Positions 12,380 through 24,298 of a stretch of 64,000 nt of DNA are shown piece after piece. The notes below the pieces were generated by a model, which saw only the letters and a program-made list of their open reading frames with translations, had not been told where the DNA came from and searched no databases. The position numbers were made by a program, and so were the translations under genes. The DNA is from Neoechinorhynchus agilis. Its lineage: Eukaryota; Animalia; Acanthocephala. The stretch lies in contig CM121341.1 of assembly GCA_051530055.1 (NCBI GenBank), positions 12,130,784 to 12,194,783 of the forward strand, written 5' to 3'. Position 1 is the first letter of the stretch, and the number at the start of each line of letters is the position of its first letter.

Positions 12380-14000
12380 TCACACAGCCCCTCTGGATAT
12401 CTCAGCTGCCGTCCTGGTGCAACGGTCGAAAAGACAGTTGCGGCGTTCCCTCGTTGCACACCCAGAATTCTGCGATAGGTGACTCGTCGGAAGTCATTTG
12501 GAACTTACCGCCCGCCTGATTGCCGACAGACGATACCATGGCGTTCCGATGGTTCCACGATCGCTCCGCAACGGCAGCGACAGGATGTGCACATCGGTAC
12601 TCCTAGTCTCTGTTTCGTCGGAGAGAAGGGTAGCCACAGAAGCGGTTGGTGCAGCGTTGAGCCAAGCAAGCGATTCTCTTGTAGAGACTGCCGCTAATCG
12701 AGTTCGGTTCACCAGGCCACAAGAATCTGAAATTAAAGAGTTGTGAATTCTCGCTACCATGGATTAGCGCCAAACTGATTGTTTGCAACCACTGACGGGT
12801 ACCTGCTCGCTGCCTGAATCTCCACACCGAAGATTAAGCGCCCCCACGAAATATTCATTTAAAGTGTAATCCTTGCCAAGAACGGATTTAACTATTTTGC
12901 GGCTTGCTTCATACGATCCCAAATTAGCTAGCACAGAAATATCAGCTGCTTTTCGGAACGCCAAACCGCCTAATGAAACAGGCAAGGACGCTTGACGCCA
13001 GGCATCGTCCGACGGCTGAGTATTTAAAAATTTCTCGAGAGAGGCTTTCACCGTCTCGTCTAATTTTGCCAGTTTATCCTTATCTCTAAAAAAGGTGCTG
13101 TGCGAAGCTTATGCAACAATTTTGGAATTAAGAGGGTGTTCGTGGTCAGGAACAGAGCCTCGTGTGAATATAATTCATCAATTCGTTCGCACACCGCCGA
13201 AAGTTGCGGTTGAAGATTGGCAATCCCTGCTTCAACATTAGAACCAAAAATGCAGCTTCCTGGAAGACTCAACCGGTCTGGAGTGATCAATTCTATCCCG
13301 GGGGCCAGATTCTGAAAATCTTTCATGATAGTTTGCATGGACGCCTCATCTTCCACGTTCATCACTAAAATCTCGCATTTCGCAGCACTCAATTCAATGA
13401 AAATTTTTCGCCGTCTCCTTCACGAGTGTCTCCAAATCGTGCAGTACAACAGAGGGATTACCTCCGAACGTGGCATCGTCCAGGTACCAGCCGTTAAAGC
13501 TGGACTGGAGAGAGTGCGCGACGGGGTTGACTGCTAGTGGGAAGGTTATTGGGCCCAAAGGATCCCCTTATTAAACTGCTCTTTCTGACCACAAAACGCG
13601 GTTATTGAACAACAAGGGAGTTGAAGTCCCATTAAGCTTTAACGAAATAGCGAAGTGCTTCTGGTGCGTGATCTCTAGCTACTTCGAGCAAATCTGCTCG
13701 GTGTGTGTTGAATGCATTTTTGAAATCAACAATACAAAATTACGCACGGTTTTGAGTTTCCAGGGATGAGCGTGTGGAGTGAATGAACAATCTCCTCTGC
13801 GCCACAAGCCTAACTTAGTAGGGCGAAGCAGTATCCCTACTTTTTTTCGCGATCCGAGTTGAAGTCCCATTAAGCATTGACGAAATAGCGAAATGCTTCT
13901 GGCAATAGAACAAGAAGAGAACTAAGTAACTGCGTTGAATACATTTTTGAAATCATATTTCAAAATAACGAACGGCTTTGAGTTTCTGGTGCATCTTGAG
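12380..14000 (-). mobile_element. Degenerate CRE-like non-LTR retrotransposon (RT-REL) fragment with an internal segment duplicated
   Basis: Minus frames give DFKNAFN, 'GDPLGP...WYLDDAT', 'AWRQASLPVSLGGL', 'RTRLAAVSTRES' and 'VQRGNAA'. The segment 13619-13765 is repeated at 13857-13987. Homologous to 54101-56500. Confidence 0.9.
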
Positions 14001-14047
14001 TGCCCATAAGGAACATGGAATATTATTAATAGTTTTATTTTGCTGAA

Positions 14048-14455
14048 TCAATACTTTGATCCTCTTATACGTCTGGCCAAATGCATGTCCCGAGGCATAA
14101 TTGTAACTCGTTTTGCATGGATTGCACACAGATTTGTGTCCTCGAACAAGCTTACCAGAAACGACTCAGTGGCCTCCTGAAGAGCATTCAAAGCCGCTAC
14201 TTGCCATCGACAGTCTGCATATAATCCAGAAGCGATTTCCCTCACAAGTCTCTGGAATGGCAGACGACGAATCAACATATTTGTAGACCTCTGGTATTTT
14301 CTAATATCCCGAAGAGCAACTGTCCCAGGTCGATATCGACGAGTTTTAGTGACCTGACGTTTGCTCCGCTTTTTTCTCCTCACCACCTTCCTTGGCGAGA
14401 CCAACGGAGTAGGAAAGCCAGTGGACTTCTTAGCTGTCTGTTTGGCGCGCGCCAT
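14048..14455 (-). CDS. Divergent histone H3 variant (135 aa), CenH3/CENP-A candidate
   Basis: [13 protein letters not shown]...[37 protein letters not shown]...CRWQ...[30 protein letters not shown]. Intact and intronless. AATAAA follows the stop; no histone stem-loop seen. Confidence 0.9.
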   Translation of the reverse strand: MARAKQTAKKSTGFPTPLVSPRKVVRRKKRSKRQVTKTRRYRPGTVALRDIRKYQRSTNMLIRRLPFQRLVREIASGLYADCRWQVAALNALQEATESFLVSLFEDTNLCAIHAKRVTIMPRDMHLARRIRGSKY

Positions 14456-14569
14456 CCCTATAACAAAACGATGATTCAATGCATATCTAGTCTGGCATAG
14501 TGGCTACGAGTCTTTCGGGGTTGCAGCGCAATTTTTTGTGACGTAACTTGTCGATTGCGCAAGCAAAAC

Positions 14570-15035
14570 CGCGCCACGAAATGCTGACGAAATTTCGCCG
14601 GAAGAATCTAAAAACCGACAAGAGCTAGTTTTGCCGCAGAACGCAATAACTAAAAACCTCTCACGCAATTTCTGCGAAAGAGGCTAAAAACGCAGAAAAT
14701 GACGAAAACTACGTTCATTTTCCAGCTGAACATATCAAGCAAAGCAAATCCTGACGCAATCCCAGACGAAGAACCTAATAACCGAGATAGTGACGAAAAT
14801 GAGGTTCATTTTCCCGCTGAACACATCAAATAAAACCAACCTCTGACGCAATTTCTGCGAAAGAATCTAATAAACGAGAAAAAATACGAAAATAATATTC
14901 ATTTTGCCGCTTAACATATCAACCAAAACAAACCTCTGACACAATCTCTTGTGAAGAATCTAATAACCGAGTAAATGACGAAAATAACGTTTATTTTCCC
15001 GCTTAACATATCAACCAAAACAAACCTCTCGCTAA
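14570..15035. repeat. Diverged left arm of the ~92-bp satellite
   Basis: About 5 degenerate copies of 'gacgaaaataacgttcattttcccgctgaacatatcaaccaaaacaaacctctgacgcaat'. Confidence 0.85.
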
Positions 15036-15039
15036 GAAT

Positions 15040-16217
15040 CGCTCCGAAGCTATACTACGAGAAGCTCAGAGCCGTACGTGATTCTTAAGTGTGATTTTCG
15101 GAACGCCTTTAACCCTCTTAATAGAAAAACCATGTTCTGCCTAATTAGGGATCATGCCCCAGAAGCCTTCCAGTATTTTCTCAATGCCTAAGGGACCGCG
15201 ACTCCTTTGCTTTTCGAAGACCACCTCATTTGGTTTGAAAGGGGAGTGCAACAAGGAGATCCTCTCGGTCCAATCGCATTCTCCCTAACAGTAAATCCAA
15301 TAGTGCAATCTCTCCATTCCAGCTTCAACGCTTTGTACTTGGAATACCCAACGCTCGGAGGTGATCCCTCCGTTGCACTGCGCGATTTGCAGACGCTGAT
15401 TAGGGAGACCTCGAGAATGGGCATTGATCTCAATGCTGGAAAGTGTGAGATTTTAGTATTAAATATTGAAGACGCCGCCAAAAGAAAGGAGCTAATGGAT
15501 CGGTTCGGGCCGTAGCTCCAGGTCTGAAACTCGTGACTCCAGAGCAACTCAGCCTCCTTGGTAGTTGCGTCTTTGATTCAAATGTGGAAGCTGAGGTCGG
15601 CCGTATCATACCAAACCTTTCGTTGCTGTGCGATAGAATGAGCGCTCTCTCGGTTCACGAAGTGTTATTTCTGATAAAGAACTAGCCCTTTATCCCCAAA
15701 TTGTTATATAAGGACCGCACAGCAATATGCTTCAAACATAAGGAAGGATTGGCTAAGCTCGACGACAAGGTGAAGGCTTGTCTCGAGCGTATTTTTAATG
15801 TCCAGCTCTCAGATGAGGCGTGGCGAAAAGCTTCAATGCCTGTGTCATCTCTGGGATTTGGCCTTCGGCTGCTAGTAGACCTTGCCAGCCTCTCTTGGAT
15901 CGTATGAGGGGAGTCAACCGATAGCGAAGATAATTCTGAGGGGAAAGTTTTGTCTTGACCAAGACTTTGTGGTGGCAGTCGAAGAATGGTGCAAGCAGAC
16001 AGGCGCAAACCATGTTCCCGTGAATCGCCTTAGACAGTCGATCTGGGACAGACCTCTCGTCGCGAGAGCTCACAGCTCTCTACATTCAGGTTCTCGCGAT
16101 GGGGTCGTCCGAGCTAGATTGTTGGCAGTTTCGACACGAGAATCGGGAGCGTGGTTGGAGGCTGTTCCTTTAACATCTGTGGGAACTCTTCTCACTGATG
16201 AGGTAACGAGGATCGCA
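15040..16217 (+). mobile_element. Internal fragment of the CRE-like retrotransposon inserted in the satellite
   Basis: Near-identical to ~54700-55880 (CDFRNAFN, GVQQGDPLGP, ARLLAVSTRES), with stops and frameshifts. Both ends are truncated. Confidence 0.93.
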
Positions 16218-16219
16218 AA

Positions 16220-19200
16220 GATCTAGCAAACGAGAAAATGACGAAAATAGCGTTCATTTTCCCGCTAAACATATCAACCAAAACAAACCTCTGACGCAAT
16301 TTCTGTTTAGGAATCTAACAACCGAGTAAATGACGAAAATAACGTTCATTTTCCCGCTGAACATATCAACCAAAACAAACCTCTGGCGCAATCTCTGTTT
16401 AAGAATTTAATAAGCGAGAAAATGACGAAAATAACGTTCATTTTCCCGAAGAACATATCAACAAAAACAAACCCCTGACGCAATTTCCGTTTAAGATCTA
16501 ATAAACGAGAAAATGACGAAAATAACGTTCATTTTCCCGCTTAACATATCCACAAAAACAAACCTCGGACGCAATCTCTTTTTTAGATCTAATAAACGAG
16601 AAAAATACGAAAATAACGTTCATTTTCCCGATGAACGTATCAACAAAAACAAACCTCTGACGCAATTTCTGTTTAAGATCTAATGAACGAGAAAATGACG
16701 AAAATAACGTTCATTTTCCCGCTTAACATATCAACCAAAACACACCTCTGACGCAATCTCTGTTTAAGATCAAATAAACGAGAAAATCCCGAAAACAACG
16801 TTCATTTTCCCGCTGAACATATCAACCAAAACAAACCACTGACGCAATCGCTGCTTAAGAACTTAAGGAACCGAGAAAATGACGGAAATAGCGTTCACTT
16901 TCACGCCGTACATATCAACCAAAACAAACATCTGACGCAATCTCTGTTTAAGAATCTAATAACCAAGAAAATGACGAAAATAACGTTCATTTTCCCGCTG
17001 AACATTTCAACCAAAACAAACATCTTGCGATGAATCACATAACCGTGAAAATGACGGAAATAACGTTCATTTTGCCGCTGAACATATCAACCAAAACAAA
17101 CCATTGACGCAATCTCTCTTTAAGAATTTAATGACCGAGAAAATAACGAAAACAGCGTTCATTTCCCGCTGAACATACAAACCAAAACAAACCACTGAAA
17201 CAATCTCTATTCAAGAATCTAATAACCGAGAAAATGACGGACATCTTCAAGCTGAACATATCGACCAAAAAAAACCTCCCACGCAATCTCTGTTTGAGAA
17301 TCTAATAACCGAGAGGCTGAACATATCAACCAAAACAAACCTTTGACGCAATCTCTGTTTTAGAATTTAATGACCGAGAAAATGACGAAAATAGCGTTCA
17401 TCTTCCCGTTGAACATATCAACCAAAACAAACCTCTGACGCAATTTCTGTTTAGGAATCTAACAACCGAGAAAATGACGAAAATAACGTTCATTTTCCCG
17501 CTGCACATATCAATCAAAACAAACTTCTGACGCAATTTCTGTTTAGGAATCTAACAACCGAGAAAATGACGAAAATAACGTTCATTTTTCCGCTTAACAT
17601 ATCAACAAAAACAAACCCCTGACGCAATTTCCGTTTAAGATCTAATAAACGAGAAAAATACGAAAATAACGTTCATTTTCCCGATGAACATATCAACAAA
17701 AACAAACCTCTGACGCAATTTCTGTTTACGATTTAATGAACGAGAAAATGACGAAAATAACGTTCATTTTCCCGCTTAACATATCAACCAAAACACACCT
17801 CTGACGCAATCTCTGTTTAAGATAAAATAAACGAGAAAATCACGAAAACAACGTTCATTTTCCCGCTGAACATATCAACCAAAACAAACCACTGACGCAA
17901 TCGCTGCTTAAGAACTTAACGAACCGAGAAAATGACGGAAATAGCGTTCACTTTCACGCCGTACATATCAACCAAAACAAACATCTGACGCAATCTCTGT
18001 TTAAGAATCTAATAACCAAGAAAATGACGAAAATAACGTTCATTTTCCCGCTGAACATTTCAACCAAAACGAACATCTTGCGATGAATCACATAACCGAG
18101 AAAATGACGGAAATAACGTTAATTTTGCCGCTGAACATATCAACCAAAACAAACCACTGACGCAATCTCTCTTTAAGAGTTTAATGACCGAGAAAATAAC
18201 GAAAACAGCGTTCATTTCCCGCTGAACATACAAACCAAAACAAACCACTGAAACAATCTCTATTCAAGAATCTAATAACCGAGAAAATGACGGACATCTT
18301 CAAGCTGAACATATCGACCAAAAAAACCTCCCACGCAATCTCTGTTTGAGAATCTAATAACCGAGAAAATGACACAAACAACGCAAATTTTCGGCTGAAC
18401 ATATCAACCAAAACAAACCTCTGACGCAATCTCTGATTTAGAATTTAATGACCGAGAAAATGACGAAAATAGCGTTCATCTTCCCGTTGAACATATCAAC
18501 CAAAACAAACCTCTGACGCAATTTCTGTTTAGGAATCTAACAACCGAGTAAATGACGAAAATAACGTTCATTTTCCGGCTGAACATATCAACCAAAACTA
18601 AACTCTGGCGCAATCTCTGTTTAAGAATCTAACAACCGAGTAAATGACGAAAATAACGTTCATTTTCCCGCTGAACGTATCAACGAAAACAAACATCAAA
18701 AGCAATCTCTGTTTAAGAATCTGATAACCGCGAAAATTACGAAAATAACGTTCATTTTCCCGCTGGACCTATCAATCAAAACAAACTTCTGACGCAATCT
18801 CTGTTTTAGAATTTAATGACCGAGAAAATGACGAAAATAGCGTTCATCTTCCCGTTGAACATATCAACCAAAACAAACCTCTGACGCAATTTCTGTTTAG
18901 GAATCTAACAACCGAGTAAATGACGAAAATAACGTTCATTTTCCCGCTGAACATATCAACCAAAACAAACTTCATTTTCCGGCTGAACATATCAACCAAA
19001 ACAAAATCCTGGCGTAATCTCTGTTTAAGAATCTAACAACCGAGTAAATGACGAAAATAACGTTCATTTTCCCGCTGAACGTATCAACGAAAACAAACAT
19101 CAAAAGCAATATTTGTTTAAGAATCTAATAACCGCGAAAATGACGAAAATAACGTTAATTTTCCCGCTGCACATATCAATCAAAACAAACTTCTGACGCA

Positions 19201-20945
19201 ATTTCTGTTTAGGAATCTAACAACCGAGAAAATGACGAAAATAACGTTCATTTTTCCGCTTAACATATCAACAAAAACAAACCCCTGACGCAATTTCCGT
19301 TTAAGATCTAATAAACGAGAAAAATACGAAAATAACGTTCATTTTCCCGATGAACATATCAACAAAAACAAACCTCTGGCGCAATTTCTGTTTACGATTT
19401 AATGAACGAGAAAATGACGAAAATAACGTTCATTTTCCCGCTTAACATATCAACCAAAACACACCTCTGACGCAATCTCTGTTTAAGATCAAATAAACGA
19501 GAAAATCACGAAAACAACGTTGATTTTCCCGCTGAACATATCAACCAAAACAAACCACTGACGCAATCGCTGCTTAAGAACTTAAGGAACCGAGAAAATG
19601 ACGGAAATAGCGTTCACTTTCACGCCGTACATATCAACCAAAACAAACATCTGACGCAATCTCTGTTTAAGAATCTAATAACCAAGAAAATGACGAAAAT
19701 AACGTTCATTTTCCCGCTGAACATTTCAACCAAAACGAACATCTTGCGATGAATCACATAACCGAGAAAATGACGGAAATAACGTTAATTTTGCCGCTGA
19801 ACATATCAACCAAAACAAACCACTGACGCAATCTCTCTTTAAATTTAATGACCGAGAAAATAACGAAAACAGCGTTCATTTCCCGCTGAACATACAAACC
19901 AAAACAAACCACTGACACAATCTCTATTCAAGAATCTAATAACCGAGAAAATGACGGACATCTTCAAGCTGAACATATCGACCAAAAAAAACCTCCCACG
20001 CAATCTCTGTTTGAGAATCTAATAACCGAGAAAATGACACAAACAACGCAAATTTTCGGCTGAACATATCAACCAAAACAAACCACTGGCGCAATCTCTC
20101 TTTAAGAATTTAATGACCGAGAAAATAACGAAAACAGCGTTCATTTCCCGCTGAACATACAAACCAAAACAAACCACTGACACAATCTCTATTCAAGAAT
20201 CTAATAACCGAAAAAATGACGGACATATTCAAGCTGAACATATCGACCAAAAAAAACCTCCCACGCAATCTCTGTTTGAGAATCTAATAACCGAGAAAAT
20301 GACACAAACAACGCAAATTTTAGGCTGAACATATCAACCAAAACAAACCTTTGACGCAATCTCTGTTTTAGAATTTAATGACCGAGAAAATGACGAAAAT
20401 AGCGTTCATCTTCCCGTTGAACATATCAACCAAAACAAACCTCTGACGCAGTCTTTGTTTAAGAATCTAATAACCGAGAAAAAACGAAAATAACGTTCAT
20501 TTTCCCGTGAACATATCAACAAAACAAAACTCTGGCGCAATCTCTATTTGGAAATCTAACAACCGAGTAAATGACGAAAATAACGTTCATTTTCCCGCTG
20601 AACATTTCAAAAAAACAAACCTCTGGCGCAATCTCTATTTGGAAATCTAACAAACGAGTAAATGACGAAAATAACGTTCATTTTCCCGCTGGACCTATCA
20701 ATCAAAACAAACTTCTGACGCAGTCTTTGTTTAAGAATCTAATAACCGAGAAAAAACGAAAATAACGTCCATTTTCCCGCTGAACAAATCAACCAAAAGA
20801 AACCTCTAGCGAAGAATCTAATTACCGAGAAAATGTCGAAAATAACGTTCATTTTCCAGCTGCACATTCGACCAAAACGAACCTCAAACGCAATATCGTT
20901 TTAAGAAACTAAAAACCGAAGAAATGACGAACTTATCTTGCATAT
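16220..20945. repeat. Satellite array, ~91-92-bp unit, ~50 copies, with higher-order structure
   Basis: 'cgagaaaatgacgaaaataacgttcattttcccgc' at 16231, 16323, 16415, 16506 and onward. Diagnostic variants recur at kb spacing. Confidence 0.97.
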
Positions 20946-21954
20946 TCCCGGCTGATCATTGTCAGAGATCTAGGTTATATCTTTCATTTATTAAAGGCCG
21001 CTTCTGCGGATCCAAAAATTTCGCAATTGCTCCCTTTTTTCGACCCACTCCACGGAAATCTTTAGTAAAAGGCGAAAGATTTATGCGAGATTGAAGCGGG
21101 CCAGGAGCTTACTGTTCCGGGTTTTAATTTTTCGTATTTTGATTTTTCACCCTTTACAGTATAGAAAACTTCTTCTCCAACTGCGTATTCGAAATGCGTC
21201 GTAACAAGGGCGTAGATGGTTTAAAAGAATGGCGTTTTTTCTACAATTCATTATTCTTTAACATTATCTTTACCGTTCTGATCCAATTCTGTTAGTTTAA
21301 ACTATGGGGTAAAGTTAAGGTCGCTTTTGTGCCACATAGAACCTTTTAATCCAGTAAATTTGTTAGTGAACGTGGAAAACTTAAATAACTCCTTTAGTTT
21401 TATTAAACAATTTTGTTTCTTTTAACAAATTTGCGCATTCACGCCACCATGTTCTGATCGAAATTACGGATGCAACGTTGTTTTCCGAAGGAATTGTCCT
21501 GCCCTTGGATCGTAACTGATTCGTCTCAGTCTCTTGGACAATTGCTATTATTCATTTAGGCGTTTGAATATCGAATTGTTCATGTTTTTTGTATGGCGGA
21601 AACAAACTTGATAAAATGCACAACAATATATTCCCTCAATTTTTTAACCATGTAAAACACACTCATTTATGTGTCAAATTTATCAAAATATTTTAATCTT
21701 CAATACTTGCAAAAATTTCATCACATATAAACTCCTTTTTTCACGAAAGAGAATTTCCAATTCAGATTCGATTGATTCCGTTCGTCAGCGCTTTGACTCA
21801 TAATAATTCAACGTGACTTCTTCGAGTCATACATTTCAGTTTTATGTTAGTTATTCAGTTCATTAACAGTCCAGAAGGAAATCATTTCTAAAATTGTCCC
21901 TTTTAGGTGCCAATAATTTTATTGATTTTACTCCATCGACTCTAATTTGACTCA

Positions 21955-22165
21955 CCTCGCGGTAGAATAAAAGAGAATGAAAATGACGTGTTTCAATTCG
22001 TTCATCCGTGTTTTTCAAATTATTTTACGTTTGTGCCATCAGCGGCGCGGTAGAATAAAAGAGAATGAAAATGACGTCATTCATTTTATTCGTCCGTATT
22101 TTTCAAATTATTTCACGTTTGCGCTATCAGCTGCGCGGGAGAATACAGAAGAATGAAAATGACAA
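21955..22165. repeat. Short tandem repeat, 88-bp unit, ~2.5 copies
   Basis: 'cgcgg..gaata.a..gaatgaaaatgac' at 21958, 22046 and 22134. Confidence 0.8.
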
Positions 22166-22516
22166 TTCGTATTCTACTGTATAGAATTTCATAAAATTAT
22201 AACTTCGTTATTGAAATCAGTTGTGTCAATTGATTTTTTAATGAAAATACGGGATTTATGCAAATTGATCCCTAGCGCTTGTTGCAGAATTGAATGTGAC
22301 GTTGCTGCGTTATGTGTTTTCTTTAGTGTTCATAACGTCATTTTCGAATGCATCATCGTCAAAAGTGAGCATTTTAAATGACGCCATTTTATACTCTCGT
22401 CGTTGCTTTCTTTCGGTTAAACAGCGGACAGGCCTCGATTTTTGCGATCTCGTCTACTGCTTTGGCGATGCAGCTTCAATAAAGTGAATTCTGTGGGTTT
22501 GTTCCATTTTTAGAAG

Positions 22517-24298
22517 ATGACGAATTCATCCTCAGCTGGAACGATGCTATCGAATGCGTCATCATCATCCGTCAAAACCAAATCCAACCACTGTATCAAG
22601 TTACGAGGATTGCCGTGGTCATCGAGCAAAGAAGATATTCTTAGCTTCCTAGATGGTATGATACGCTATCCGAGGGGAGGTTGCTCGTGTGAATCACCCG
22701 GATGATTTGTTGTTTTATTTAATGTTTTTTCTTATCCTCAGTTTTATATGTGGTTCTTTTTTAAAAAGAAAAGTTTTCCTATTAGAAGTTTATTTAAACC
22801 TACACTCTGTACTGATAGGTTGTTCTGTTGTTAATGGTATCGAAGGTATTCATATGATCCCACGCAGTGGACCAACGCGGGGTGAAGCGTTTGTTGAGCT
22901 CGAAAGTCAGGCGGATGTTGAAACAGCTTTATCGAAACACCGCCAGCACATGGGCTCTCGTTACATTGAAGGTACTATTTTTTCGGTCCGTCGGTTCGAA
23001 ATTGATGGGTTTGTAGTGTTTACGTCGTCTGCAACCGAGATGGCCCATATGACCAACCCTAAGGGACCCATGGCGTGGCGGGATCCCGTACTGCGACTAC
23101 GCGGTATCCCGTACTATTGCACTAAGCAGGATATATACGATTTCTTCTCGGGTGAGTCTTTGTTAGGACATCCGTCTGTAGTTTTTCAATCTCTGGCGTA
23201 AAGGACTCCAAATAGCCCACAACGGTGTTTATATATCAATGGACGAGGCAGGGAATGCGAGTGGGGTTGCGTTTGTCGCGTTTGTGAAGATGGATACAGC
23301 CTACAAGGCCTTAGAAAAACACCGTCAAATGATTGGGCACAGGTACGCAATCGCGATTTTTTGAAAAAGCTTTTGATTGTCCTGATTTTACCGCTATTCG
23401 GGCGCTAGATACGTTGAGTTGTTTCAATCGTCGTACGCAGAGGCTCGGGCTCGTATGGTCGATGATATGGAGGCCAACGGATATGGGGACCCAAGGCGTC
23501 TAATGACGGCTAAATTCACGGCAGCGGCGGCTATGGGTGTTTTGCCACAAGCGGCTGCTCCTGCACCTCTCATGGGTATGCCAACTTCGGCTTCGGCGAT
23601 GGTAGGGGCTGGGTTGCCCGGAATTACAGCAGCGGCGGGGATTAGTGGATTGATGCCGCCGCCACCACCGGTGGCTACGGCTCAATCGGTCGGCGGAGGA
23701 GGAGGAGGGTCAGGTCCTCATAACGTCGTAATGACCGGTCTTCCATATAAGACAAGTGAAGAGGAGCTCAACGATTTCTTCAGACCATTGAAACCAATTC
23801 GAGTGCAAATTCGGTTCGATGGACGAGGACGACCAACTGGGGAAGCCATCGCGGAATTCAAATCCCACGACGAAGCGTGTGAGGCGATGAAGTACGACAA
23901 ACGGTACATTGGTCAACGGTACGTCGATCTAACTCTCGAATCATCGAGACCGGACGTATCCAATAGCGCAGCGACGGCTGCAGCTCTTCTTTCAGCTTCC
24001 AATCAGGTGGCGGCTGCAGTCATTGGTGAAGGAGGTGATGGCGGTCCCGGAGGAGATTATTCATCCTTGGACACATCGAAGGCATATGATATGTACCGTG
24101 GACCTCCACCGCCTCATGGACAAATGCAAGGCGGAGCGCCACCGAATCTCACACAGCCTGCACCTGGATCGATGCCGCCCCCACCGCCGAATTATCCGAA
24201 TTGGGGAGGTGAGAGTGTGTGTATACGTCCATTGACAGTTTTTCACTACATCGAAAAATCGCCGTTTAGCAATGCCGGGTTATGATAGATGGTATTAG
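22517..24298 (+). CDS. hnRNP F/H-family (glorund-like) protein with three qRRMs, multi-exon
   Basis: 'CIKLRGLPWSSSKEDILSFL', 'GEAFVELES...HMGSRYIE', 'VLRLRGIPYYCTKQDIYDFF', 'GVAFVAF...HRQMIGH|RYVELF', 'VVMTGLPYKTSEEELNDFF...YIGQRYVDL'. Predicted last intron 24209-24269 (GT..AG) gives a terminal exon AMPGYDRWY*. Confidence 0.88.

Noticed and set aside
24209-24285. Read-through C-terminus 'ESVCIRPLTVF...NAGL' of ORF 23419-24285
   Set aside because: A good GT donor and AG acceptor bound a 61-nt intron typical of this genome, so the spliced GYDRWY* end is preferred (not proven).
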